Part shown: piece after piece, positions 55,758-62,764 of the stretch
How the letters are laid out: each line of letters opens with the position of its first letter
How positions within the stretch are numbered: position 1 is the stretch's first letter
Source of the DNA: an uncultured archaeon
GTDB lineage: Archaea; Aenigmatarchaeota; Aenigmatarchaeia; CG10238-14; SCSR01
Direction of reading: 5' to 3'
DNA length: 62,764 nt
Assembly: GCA_964427055.1 (NCBI GenBank)
Contig: CAYRSQ010000001.1
Location: forward strand, 21,250-84,013
Program-made: the position numbers and the translations under genes
The notes under the pieces: generated by a model
Told to the model about the DNA's origin: nothing
Database searches by the model: none
What the model saw: only the letters and a program-made list of their open reading frames with translations

Positions 55758-57395
55758 TTACATTTCTGGCATTCCCGGCGGCATATCAGGCATTCCACCC
55801 TTCGACAGCTTGCTGGCTGAAATGATATCATCTATTCTCAATATCATCTCCGCAGCTTCAGAAGCAGAATTTATGGCCTGTGTTTTAACTTTCAAAGGCT
55901 CCACAACACCTATATCCGAAGCATCCACTACTTTCCCTTCGAAAACGCCTATTCCTGCATTTATTTTACCTCGATCGTGTTCAGCCCTCAATTCCACGAG
56001 CATATCAATCGGATCCAGTCCAGCATTTTCTGCTAGTGCTCTTGGAATCACTTCCATGGCTTCAGCAAATGCTAGTATAGCCAATTGTTCCCGTCCGAAA
56101 AATCCTTCGGAGAACTTCCTCAATCGTTTGGAAAGTTCAGCTTCAGGGGATCCTGCTCCATGCACTATCTTGCCGACTTCCACAGCAGAAGCGACAGATC
56201 CTATTGCATCTTCTATGCTCCTGTCAACCTCGTCGACTACATGTTCCGTGCTTCCCCTGACCAATATAGTGACTGCCTTAGGATCCTTACAGTTTCTGAT
56301 GAATATCATTTCGTCACCGCCAACTTTCTTTTCTTCAGTCACACCGGAATATCCCAAATCTTCTGATTTCATGTCCTCGAGATTTGTCACGATTCGTGCG
56401 CCTGTAGCCTTTGCTAATTTATCCATGTCGGATTTTTTGACACGTCTTGCGACCAGTATGCCATTCTTGGCAAGATAATGCTGCGCTATGTCATCTATAC
56501 CTTTCTGTGAAAATAGGACATTTGCACCGCTCGAAACTACCAGATTGACCATCTCTTTCAGCATCCTCTGCTCCTGTTCTATGAACGCCTGCATTTGATC
56601 TGGGGACGTTATCCGTATCTGAGCGTCTGTCTCAGTTTCCTTAATTTCGAGAGCGACATCTATTAATGCTATCTTTGCGTCTTTGATTTGCTTCGGCATC
56701 GCTGGGTGAACGACCTCTTTGTCCAAAACGATTCCAGCAACAAGTTCAGTGTCCTCAGCCGAACCGCCGGTCTTCTTCTCTCTCTTTATATCGTCCGTAT
56801 CAATTTCAATCTTACCGTTAGTCACTATAGCCACATTCTTCACAGCGGTCACAACCAATTCGGCTAAAGCTGGAGATACTTTTTCCATACTCTTCCCGCT
56901 CATCGAAGTCAATGCTATCTTCTTCAAAATTTCATCGTCGTCCAGACTTACTGGAATTGAAATATCATTCAAAATTTTCAAGGACTCGTCTCTCGCAAGC
57001 TTGAACCCTCTCGTTATCACTGTGGGATGGATTTTCTGATCCAGAAGTTCGCCCGCTTTCTTCAGCAATTCGCCGGCCAACACCACGGAAGTAGTAGTTC
57101 CATCGCCGACTTCCTCTGCCTGGGTTTTTGCCACTTCGACCATCATCTTGGCTGCCGGATGCTCAATTTCCATCTCTTCAAGTATAGTGACACCGTCATT
57201 TGTTATGACTATATCCCCTATCGAATCGACCAACATCTTGTCCATTCCCTTAGGACCAAGCGTTGTCCTAACTGCATCAGCAACGGCCTTAGCGGCTGCT
57301 ATATTGGATCTCTGAGCCCCGCTTCCTTGCTGTCTAAACGTGCCCTCAGGCAAAATTAACACTGATTGTCCTCCGATTTGTCCCATTTGAACCAT
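55758..57395 (-). CDS. ths: thermosome subunit (group II chaperonin)
   Basis: Contains [26 protein letters not shown] and VHGAGSPE, with a C-terminal GGMPxM repeat tail. Confidence 0.95.
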   Translation of the reverse strand: MVQMGQIGGQSVLILPEGTFRQQGSGAQRSNIAAAKAVADAVRTTLGPKGMDKMLVDSIGDIVITNDGVTILEEMEIEHPAAKMMVEVAKTQAEEVGDGTTTSVVLAGELLKKAGELLDQKIHPTVITRGFKLARDESLKILNDISIPVSLDDDEILKKIALTSMSGKSMEKVSPALAELVVTAVKNVAIVTNGKIEIDTDDIKREKKTGGSAEDTELVAGIVLDKEVVHPAMPKQIKDAKIALIDVALEIKETETDAQIRITSPDQMQAFIEQEQRMLKEMVNLVVSSGANVLFSQKGIDDIAQHYLAKNGILVARRVKKSDMDKLAKATGARIVTNLEDMKSEDLGYSGVTEEKKVGGDEMIFIRNCKDPKAVTILVRGSTEHVVDEVDRSIEDAIGSVASAVEVGKIVHGAGSPEAELSKRLRKFSEGFFGREQLAILAFAEAMEVIPRALAENAGLDPIDMLVELRAEHDRGKINAGIGVFEGKVVDASDIGVVEPLKVKTQAINSASEAAEMILRIDDIISASKLSKGGMPDMPPGMPEM

Positions 57396-57404
57396 TATTC
57401 ATCT

Positions 57405-57410
57405 ACCTCC
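57405..57410 (-). promoter_or_regulatory. Shine-Dalgarno GGAGGT for the thermosome gene
   Basis: TTTGGAGGTAGAT lies 5 nt upstream of the ATG. The same 13-mer precedes the EF-1alpha gene. Confidence 0.6.
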
Positions 57411-57486
57411 AAAACTTCAATTCAAAGCAGTATTAACTTATTATAGGATTAGATTTATAAATTTGTGTGTATGTGGGTATACGATC

Positions 57487-57723
57487 CTACCCATTGCCGA
57501 ATTTCAGATTCTTCGTGTATGGCTTTTGAAGTTCCTCCTTGACCCTATCGACCCATCCCTCAAGTATTATTACCGCCTCGGCTAAGGGTATACCTTCGCT
57601 TCTGGTTTTGAGTTCGACCTGCATCTTCTTTGTCTTTCTGTCTATCTTTTTGTTGAGGAAAAGACCGAATTTCTGCTCTATTACATCAGGCAACTCTGAT
57701 AGTTTCTTGTTTTCGTCTACCAT
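57487..57723 (-). CDS. hypothetical 78-aa protein
   Basis: ORF downstream of ogt on the same strand. No motif recognised. Confidence 0.4.
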   Translation of the reverse strand: MVDENKKLSELPDVIEQKFGLFLNKKIDRKTKKMQVELKTRSEGIPLAEAVIILEGWVDRVKEELQKPYTKNLKFGNG

Positions 57724-57739
57724 ACAATCAATTAATACA

Positions 57740-58063
57740 TCATTTGAACTTAAATAATATTTTCTCGAAATCGACTACTTTTCCATTTTTCACCGTTACA
57801 CCTTCTTTTTTTAACAATCTTTTCTTTTCCTCCACTTTCTTTCCGTCCATCTCTCCTCCGAACCCTCCTATGTCGCCGTTCGATTTGACTACCCGGTGAC
57901 ATGGGACTTCTGGCGCGTATGGATTATTTCTGCATGCGTTGCCTACAGCTCTATACGCATTGCAATTCAGCGACATAGCCAGTTCCTTGTAACTAGTCAC
58001 TTTTCCCTTAGGTATTTTTCTCATCATACTCCAAATTCTGTCATTAAATTTCATATACATCAC
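57740..58063 (-). CDS. ogt: O6-alkylguanine-DNA alkyltransferase (C-terminal catalytic domain only)
   Basis: Active-site motif PCHRVV, preceded by the helix-turn-wing segment. Confidence 0.85.
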   Translation of the reverse strand: MMYMKFNDRIWSMMRKIPKGKVTSYKELAMSLNCNAYRAVGNACRNNPYAPEVPCHRVVKSNGDIGGFGGEMDGKKVEEKKRLLKKEGVTVKNGKVVDFEKILFKFK

Positions 58064-58962
58064 TCGGAAGTTTCTTCTATTATTTTCTTCAACTCTCTTG
58101 CAGTTTCTATTTCAGGCAAATCATCATCCAACAATACGGGAACACCTTCGATGGTCTTCTCTTCTCTTTTTTTCGTCACAAAAAAAGCATTTGACCCGAC
58201 AATCTCCGAAAGTTTCTTGACTAATCCGGCCGATTTTCCAATCTTCTTAGTATCCTCAATTAATCCAGTTATCATAGTGAACTCCTCTTTTCCTATAATC
58301 TCAAAAGGAGCGTATTTCACTGGAACGTTCTCAATTCCTATCCTATCTAGTTCTCTGTGGACTTTCCTTTGAAAGTTACCTACTGGTTTTGTGTCCGACT
58401 TCTCGGCTTTCTCAGATTCATATGATTTCTTGAGGTTTACGCCAAGAACACTTTCCAACCCGTTCAACGTGTCTTCCGTAGGATTTGTCCTGTTGTTCTC
58501 TATTTCATAAAGAGCCTTTTTGGAAACACCGACAAGGACAGATAACTCTTCAAGGCTGAATTTCATCTCATATCTCTTATTACGCAAAAGTCCAGTATCT
58601 ATCTCCGCGGTGTATCTCCCTTTTGATGCTCTGTAAACGTATGCTTCCTCTTCCAGTATGCTATCGAACATTATAGGAGTGACAACTGGCAAATCGAATC
58701 TTGAGTATATCACACTATCAGCTAGATTGGTTCTATTATTTCTAAGTGATATAATAAAAGGATACCCTGACAAGAAATATGATATGTTCCTCAAATTTTT
58801 TGCTTGTTCTCCATTCAAACCATCCACATTAGTCAAACATTTTATCATAAGTAATTTGTCTCTCTTGGCGACTATGTCAAAGCATCCCTTTGTAAGAAAT
58901 ACTTCAAAATTTTTGCTTACCAGGTTCTCGACGACTTCGTTTATCATAGGTTGTTTTGACAT
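58060..58962 (-). CDS. XRE-type HTH domain protein (archaeal COG1395-like putative regulator)
   Basis: Central HTH segment FSLEELSVLVGVSKKALYEIENNRTNPTEDTL. The start is set at M61 (58962); the longer ORF to 59142 would overlap the divergent NUDIX gene. Confidence 0.55.
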   Translation of the reverse strand: MSKQPMINEVVENLVSKNFEVFLTKGCFDIVAKRDKLLMIKCLTNVDGLNGEQAKNLRNISYFLSGYPFIISLRNNRTNLADSVIYSRFDLPVVTPIMFDSILEEEAYVYRASKGRYTAEIDTGLLRNKRYEMKFSLEELSVLVGVSKKALYEIENNRTNPTEDTLNGLESVLGVNLKKSYESEKAEKSDTKPVGNFQRKVHRELDRIGIENVPVKYAPFEIIGKEEFTMITGLIEDTKKIGKSAGLVKKLSEIVGSNAFFVTKKREEKTIEGVPVLLDDDLPEIETARELKKIIEETSE

Positions 58963-59061
58963 ATTACCCACTATTATATAGGCGATTAACCATCGTATAA
59001 TAAGTATTGCAAACAAATAAGAATATAAAATACTGTGTTTGTGGGTATATACGATGATTCT

Positions 59062-59484
59062 ATGCCTAAAGAGAAGAGCACTGGAGCAGTCATATTCAGA
59101 CGAGAAAACAGAAGGGTATTTTTCTTGGTAGTCCACTGCCACTTCAAGGGAGACTATTGGGATTTGGTGAGAGGAAAAATCGAAAAGGGAGAAACGGAAG
59201 AGGAGACTGCAAAAAGAGAAATAAGAGAAGAAACTGGGATAGAGGTTGACAAATTCATAGAAGGATTCAAAGAAACTGCTAGCTGGTTCTACAGGTGGAA
59301 AGACCAGAATGTATACAAGGAAGCGGTTTATTTCCTATTTGAAACGAGCAGGAAAGAGATAAATTTGTCTGAGGAACACTTGGAATACGACTGGCTTGAA
59401 TATGCCGATGCGCTTGAAAGACTGACTTACGAAAACAGCAAGAACGTCATAAAGAAAGCTAACGAACTTCTCAAATCCGTGTAA
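59062..59484 (+). CDS. NUDIX hydrolase
   Basis: Nudix box GKIEKGETEEETAKREIREETG. The start is set at the ATG at 59062. Confidence 0.85.
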   Translation: MPKEKSTGAVIFRRENRRVFFLVVHCHFKGDYWDLVRGKIEKGETEEETAKREIREETGIEVDKFIEGFKETASWFYRWKDQNVYKEAVYFLFETSRKEINLSEEHLEYDWLEYADALERLTYENSKNVIKKANELLKSV

Positions 59485-59551
59485 ATGCCCAAGATTTAAG
59501 GTTAAAGCAAATTATTAATAAGATAAAGATAAAAAAAAGTTTCATTAAAAT

Positions 59552-59659
59552 GGGCCCGTAGCTTAGTCTGGTTAGAGCGCTGGTCTTATAAGGCCACTAA
59601 GCGTACATTCGCACTGGCGTAAAAACCAGTGGCCGCGCGTTCAAATCGCGCCGGGCCCA
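59552..59659 (+). tRNA. tRNA-Ile (anticodon UAU) with a 33-nt intron at the canonical 37/38 position
   Basis: Hand fold. Acceptor stem GGGCCCG/CGGGCCC. Anticodon stem CUGGU (59580-84) pairs with ACCAG (59625-29). Loop CUUAUA|A, with the anticodon at 59587-59589. Intron is about 59591-59623. T-arm GCGCG-UUCAAAU-CGCGC. No encoded CCA. Confidence 0.8.
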
Positions 59660-59704
59660 TCAAACCCCAAAACGTAAAAGTGTTACGTGGTAAATTAAGA
59701 TTAG

Positions 59705-60481
59705 ATGGAACACTCCAATATTCCTGAGAGCAAACGGAAAAACACGCTTATAGGGATTTTTGATGAAACGACGAACCATCTGTTACATAGATACTTTGAA
59801 TTGATCGCATATACGTCAAACAAGGACGTTAGATACTATGATGATTTCAAGAACTATTCATTGGTGAGCGCATACAAAGTAAACCTTGATTACACCCTCA
59901 CTAGACTTAAATCTAAAATTGAAACTATAAAACAAATCTACCCTCAGATTACTGAAGATGACAATTTTATTAAGTTATGTGACTTGATGAAACAAAATTA
60001 CATAAAAGATAAAGGAAACTTTTTTTTCGGATTCGTTGTAGATAATGAGTTGCTAACAAACATTGCCATAACCATAGATCCCATAAGGAATAAACTGAAG
60101 TTGGCTAAAGGGTCCATAGAAGATCTTGAAAATGAATTGTTTTTACTCAAAAAACTAGAAGCTTCTGAATTCTTAAAACCTCTTATATCGTCAAAGAAAT
60201 CTACTGAAAAATTAAGGCATCTAATAAGCGAAATGAAGAACCATATTGCAGATGGTGACACCTGGAAAGACTATAAAAACAGTTTTAGCCGATTAAATCC
60301 AGAACTTCAAACTTTTCCATTACCCGACCATTGGAAAACATCGGAAAAATTGGTAGACGGCTTTAACCATAGATATATCACTAGTAACAAACTGAATGAA
60401 TATGACACCCAATTTTGTTTAGAACTTTTGAACGATATGATAGACAAACTCGATTCTTACGACACTGTGATAGAAACCTAG
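59705..60481 (+). CDS. hypothetical protein (258 aa), no recognisable domain
   Basis: ORF with coding-like composition, 45 nt downstream of the tRNA. Predicted to be largely helical and soluble. Confidence 0.5.
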   Translation: MEHSNIPESKRKNTLIGIFDETTNHLLHRYFELIAYTSNKDVRYYDDFKNYSLVSAYKVNLDYTLTRLKSKIETIKQIYPQITEDDNFIKLCDLMKQNYIKDKGNFFFGFVVDNELLTNIAITIDPIRNKLKLAKGSIEDLENELFLLKKLEASEFLKPLISSKKSTEKLRHLISEMKNHIADGDTWKDYKNSFSRLNPELQTFPLPDHWKTSEKLVDGFNHRYITSNKLNEYDTQFCLELLNDMIDKLDSYDTVIET

Positions 60482-60500
60482 TTAACATGAGAATTATTTA

Positions 60501-60565
60501 CTTTTCCTTTTCCTCTTCTTCTGTTTCCTTCTTTTGGTTTTCATTCTTCTCTTTCTTTTTTCTCC
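60501..60565 (+). terminator. 65-nt polypyrimidine tract with multiple oligo-T runs (probable termination zone for the + strand gene)
   Basis: 61 of 65 positions are C/T. Contains TTTT, TTTTT and TTTTTT runs. Located between the convergent genes 59705..60481 and rps10. Confidence 0.35.
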
Positions 60566-60587
60566 ATGTGCCATAACTATCGTCCAA

Positions 60588-60908
60588 TTAATTTTTGAGC
60601 TGTATGCTCATATGTATCCCTTGTGGAACATTAACTCTCATTATTTGTCTCAGTGCTCTCTGATCAGCTTGAACGTCAAGTATTCTTTTATGAACTCGCA
60701 TTTCCCATCTATCGAAAGTGGTATTCCCATGCCCAGTACCATCTCCACATGGTGTTTTCATTGTAGTGACTTTCAGTATCTTAGTAGGCAGTGGCACTGG
60801 ACCTTTGAAATTTACCCCGAATTTCTTTGCGATATCTTTGATTTCGTCACAAATAACAGTAAGTTCTTCCGGATTCTTCCCCGACAATTTTATTCTCGCT
60901 GTCTGCAC
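60588..60908 (-). CDS. rps10: 30S ribosomal protein S10
   Basis: Contains ARIKLSGKNPEEL...GPVPLPTK...HKRILDV. GTG start, preceded by GGTGA. Confidence 0.9.
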   Translation of the reverse strand: MQTARIKLSGKNPEELTVICDEIKDIAKKFGVNFKGPVPLPTKILKVTTMKTPCGDGTGHGNTTFDRWEMRVHKRILDVQADQRALRQIMRVNVPQGIHMSIQLKN

Positions 60909-61084
60909 AATTTGTCACCACATAATTTTCTGGATTGAACAAATATATTCTTTATCCAGTTTTAATTCTATTGAACTGTTGTTATTTAAATGCTTTTCTT
61001 CATTCATTACACCGAACTTCAGAACTAGAAATAAAACTAAGCTTTAAAAGTAGAATGAAAAGAAAAGGGAAGGATTGTAAAAGC

Positions 61085-62362
61085 TTATTCCGCTTTTACC
61101 AAATCGAGACAAACTCCAGCAGCTACTGTTGAACCCATGTCTCTTATAGCGAACTTACCAAGTTCTGGGAAGTCGGCCTGTTTTTCTATCACGAATGGTT
61201 TAGTCGGCACTACCTTTATCCTTGCTATGTCACCTTGTTTTATGAAGTCAGGTTTCTCCTGTAAGACTTCCCCTGTTTTAGGGTCCAATTTTGCAATGAT
61301 TTCATCTATCCTACATGCAACAGATGCTGTGTGGCAATGGAACACTGGAGTATATCCAGCTGTTATTACAGTTGGATGCTGAAGTACAACTATTTGGGCT
61401 GTGAATTCTTTAGCAACTGTAGGTGGGTTATCCGCCTTACCTACGACATCTCCTCTGTGAGCATCATTCTTTCCTATTCCTCTCACATTGAAACCCACGT
61501 TATCTCCCGGTTCAGCCTTCTCGATTTGTTGATGATGCATCTCAATGGACTTTACTTCGCCCGTAGCTCCTGAAGGCATGAAAATTATGTGATCCCCAAT
61601 CTTCATTACACCTGTTTCGATTCTACCGACAGGGACAGTTCCTATTCCGCTGATTGTGAATACATCCTGTATCGGCATCCTCAAAGGTTTGCCGAGTGGT
61701 TTTTCTGGTTGCTTTATGTAATCGTCCAAAGTTTCAATCAAAGTCTTTCCAGAATACCAAGGCATATTCTCGGATTTTTTAACTACATTATCTCCTGTAA
61801 AAGCAGACAATGGAATTATTGGGATTTCATTCATCTTATAACCGATTTTTGTGAGCATTTCAACGATTTCCTTCTTGACTTCATTGAACCTTTTTTCATC
61901 CCAATTAGCAGAATCCATTTTGTTTAATACTATGATAATTTGCCCTACTCCAAGAACCTTCAAAAGATACGCATGTTCCTTTGTTTGTTCCTGTATACCT
62001 TCACCTGGCTTAGCAGAAACCACAAATATAGCAGCATCTGCCTGCGAAGCCCCAGTAATCATGTTCTTAATAAAATCTCTGTGACCGGGAGCATCTATTA
62101 CAGTGAAGTACCATTTCTTTGTTTCAAATGGTCTATGCATTAGGTCGATTGTAAGACCTCTAGCTCTCTCTTCTTTTGTAGTATCAACAGCATAAGCGAA
62201 TTCCCACGACTCTCTCTTCATTTCTTTAGCTTGTTCTCTGAGTTTCCTCATTTCTTCTTCTCTAACTGCACCAGAGTCATATAACAACCTACCCAGTAGT
62301 GTAGATTTTCCACTATCTACATGTCCAGCTGTCATTAAGTTCAAGTGTGGTTTATTAGCCAT
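61085..62362 (-). CDS. tuf: translation elongation factor EF-1 alpha
   Basis: Contains [17 protein letters not shown] and NKMD. 425 aa. Confidence 0.95.
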   Translation of the reverse strand: MANKPHLNLMTAGHVDSGKSTLLGRLLYDSGAVREEEMRKLREQAKEMKRESWEFAYAVDTTKEERARGLTIDLMHRPFETKKWYFTVIDAPGHRDFIKNMITGASQADAAIFVVSAKPGEGIQEQTKEHAYLLKVLGVGQIIIVLNKMDSANWDEKRFNEVKKEIVEMLTKIGYKMNEIPIIPLSAFTGDNVVKKSENMPWYSGKTLIETLDDYIKQPEKPLGKPLRMPIQDVFTISGIGTVPVGRIETGVMKIGDHIIFMPSGATGEVKSIEMHHQQIEKAEPGDNVGFNVRGIGKNDAHRGDVVGKADNPPTVAKEFTAQIVVLQHPTVITAGYTPVFHCHTASVACRIDEIIAKLDPKTGEVLQEKPDFIKQGDIARIKVVPTKPFVIEKQADFPELGKFAIRDMGSTVAAGVCLDLVKAE

Positions 62363-62369
62363 TCAATCT

Positions 62370-62375
62370 ACCTCC
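62370..62375 (-). promoter_or_regulatory. Shine-Dalgarno GGAGGT for the EF-1alpha gene
   Basis: TTTGGAGGTAGAT lies 3 nt upstream of the ATG at 62362. Confidence 0.6.
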
Positions 62376-62470
62376 AAATTTATAGTTGATTAATGTAATT
62401 TTTGTTAATTCTCCAAAACCTTTGGATAATATAACTATACTAATTATTAAAAGTATTTAAATATATTTTT

Positions 62471-62764
62471 CTATTGTTCTGACTTGGGTGAAGGAATTTC
62501 TTCGTTCAGTCCTTTCCTTTTTCTGATGGAAATTATAGTCAAGTCTCTTATTGATTTCGGTATTTCTTCAAACAACACTTCTATGACACTATAGAATCCA
62601 CGGCCACTTGTGGCAGACTTAAGTGACGCATCAAGACCGAACGTCTCCGCAACTGGAATTTTGCATGTTACAATCGTGTAACCTCTAGAATTTTCCACGT
62701 CGAGTATCTGGCCTCTCCTGTTTTCGATTTCCCTTGATACCACACCTATCATCTCATCAGGAGC
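62471..62764 (-). CDS. fusA: translation elongation factor EF-2, C-terminal fragment (gene runs off the right edge)
   Basis: The C-terminal domain V pattern (RRGQILDVE...KIPVAETFGLDASLKSATSGRGF) is present. It sits in the conserved EF-2/EF-1alpha/S10 order. Confidence 0.85.
   Translation of the reverse strand, partial: APDEMIGVVSREIENRRGQILDVENSRGYTIVTCKIPVAETFGLDASLKSATSGRGFYSVIEVLFEEIPKSIRDLTIISIRKRKGLNEEIPSPKSEQ

Noticed and set aside
55810-56478. 222-aa ORF antisense to the thermosome gene. Similar long antisense ORFs occur at 4798-5304, 6511-6966, 10761-11282, 11234-11773, 17405-17947, 36465-36971, 41040-41414 and 41676-42110.
   Set aside because: Each lies entirely inside a confidently identified gene on the other strand. 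Their compositions are low-complexity and Ser/Leu/Phe-rich, as expected for the reverse complement of purine-rich coding sequence, and they have no motifs. They are most likely frame artefacts.
59660-60587. Possible integrated element at the 3' side of tRNA-Ile.
   Set aside because: There is no direct repeat of the tRNA 3' end downstream, no integrase or recombinase, only one ORF, and no obvious compositional shift.
60534-61047. 134-aa and 109-aa + strand ORFs overlapping rps10.
   Set aside because: They are antisense to a clear S10 gene and extend into the polypyrimidine tract, so they are frame artefacts.
1-62764. Search by eye for CRISPR arrays, cas genes, IS elements/transposases, toxin-antitoxin pairs, restriction-modification or other defence systems, rRNA, RNase P/SRP RNA, and inteins in the large enzymes.
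   Set aside because: I found none. The only repeats are the 180-bp pair at the left end. The PIN-domain genes are the conserved housekeeping types (Fcf1-like, PIN-ATPase-KH) rather than VapBC pairs. No GC-rich structured-RNA-like islands occur in spacers other than the three tRNAs. The large aaRS, Rad50 and aIF5B genes are, if anything, shorter than usual, which argues against inteins.

Overview
AT-rich, extremely gene-dense archaeal chromosome segment. I count about 65 protein genes and 3 tRNAs. Spacers are often under 50 nt, and there are many 4-20 nt gene overlaps, including convergent genes that share a CTAG stop pair at 9436-9439. Most of the content is information processing. It includes the conserved archaeal cluster rps27ae-rps24e-spt4-rpo7-(ppa)-PIN-aIF2gamma-rps6e; nine aminoacyl-tRNA synthetase genes covering eight specificities (Trp, Phe alpha/beta, Leu, Ala, Ile, His, class I Lys, Pro); aIF5B; EF-2/EF-1alpha/S10; Orc1/Cdc6; Mre11-Rad50; a proteasome beta subunit; aCPSF1; and a thermosome subunit. 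Proteins are short and trimmed, LysRS is class I, and there is an intron-containing tRNA-Ile with a UAU anticodon. From this I infer a reduced-genome (DPANN/Nanoarchaeota-like) archaeon; the sequence does not prove it. The accessory content is nearly all cell-surface related. It comprises an 8-gene type IV pilus-like (Tad/FlaI-FlaJ type) operon at 48485-55641 with four prepilin-like proteins. Three more prepilin-like genes sit at the left end: two share a 180-bp direct repeat, and one is wedged into the conserved superoperon. There is also an 858-aa N-glycosylation-sequon-rich surface protein and a membrane-anchored CxxC protein. Several ORFs below the 60-aa cutoff of the ORF track look real: a TFIIB-type zinc ribbon, a C4 protein, a Lys-rich peptide and an L39e-like peptide. 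I found no CRISPR array, transposase/integrase, rRNA or recognisable defence system. The most novel system-level candidate is the pilus locus together with its uncharacterised partner proteins. All family assignments come from motif recognition by eye; no searches were run.
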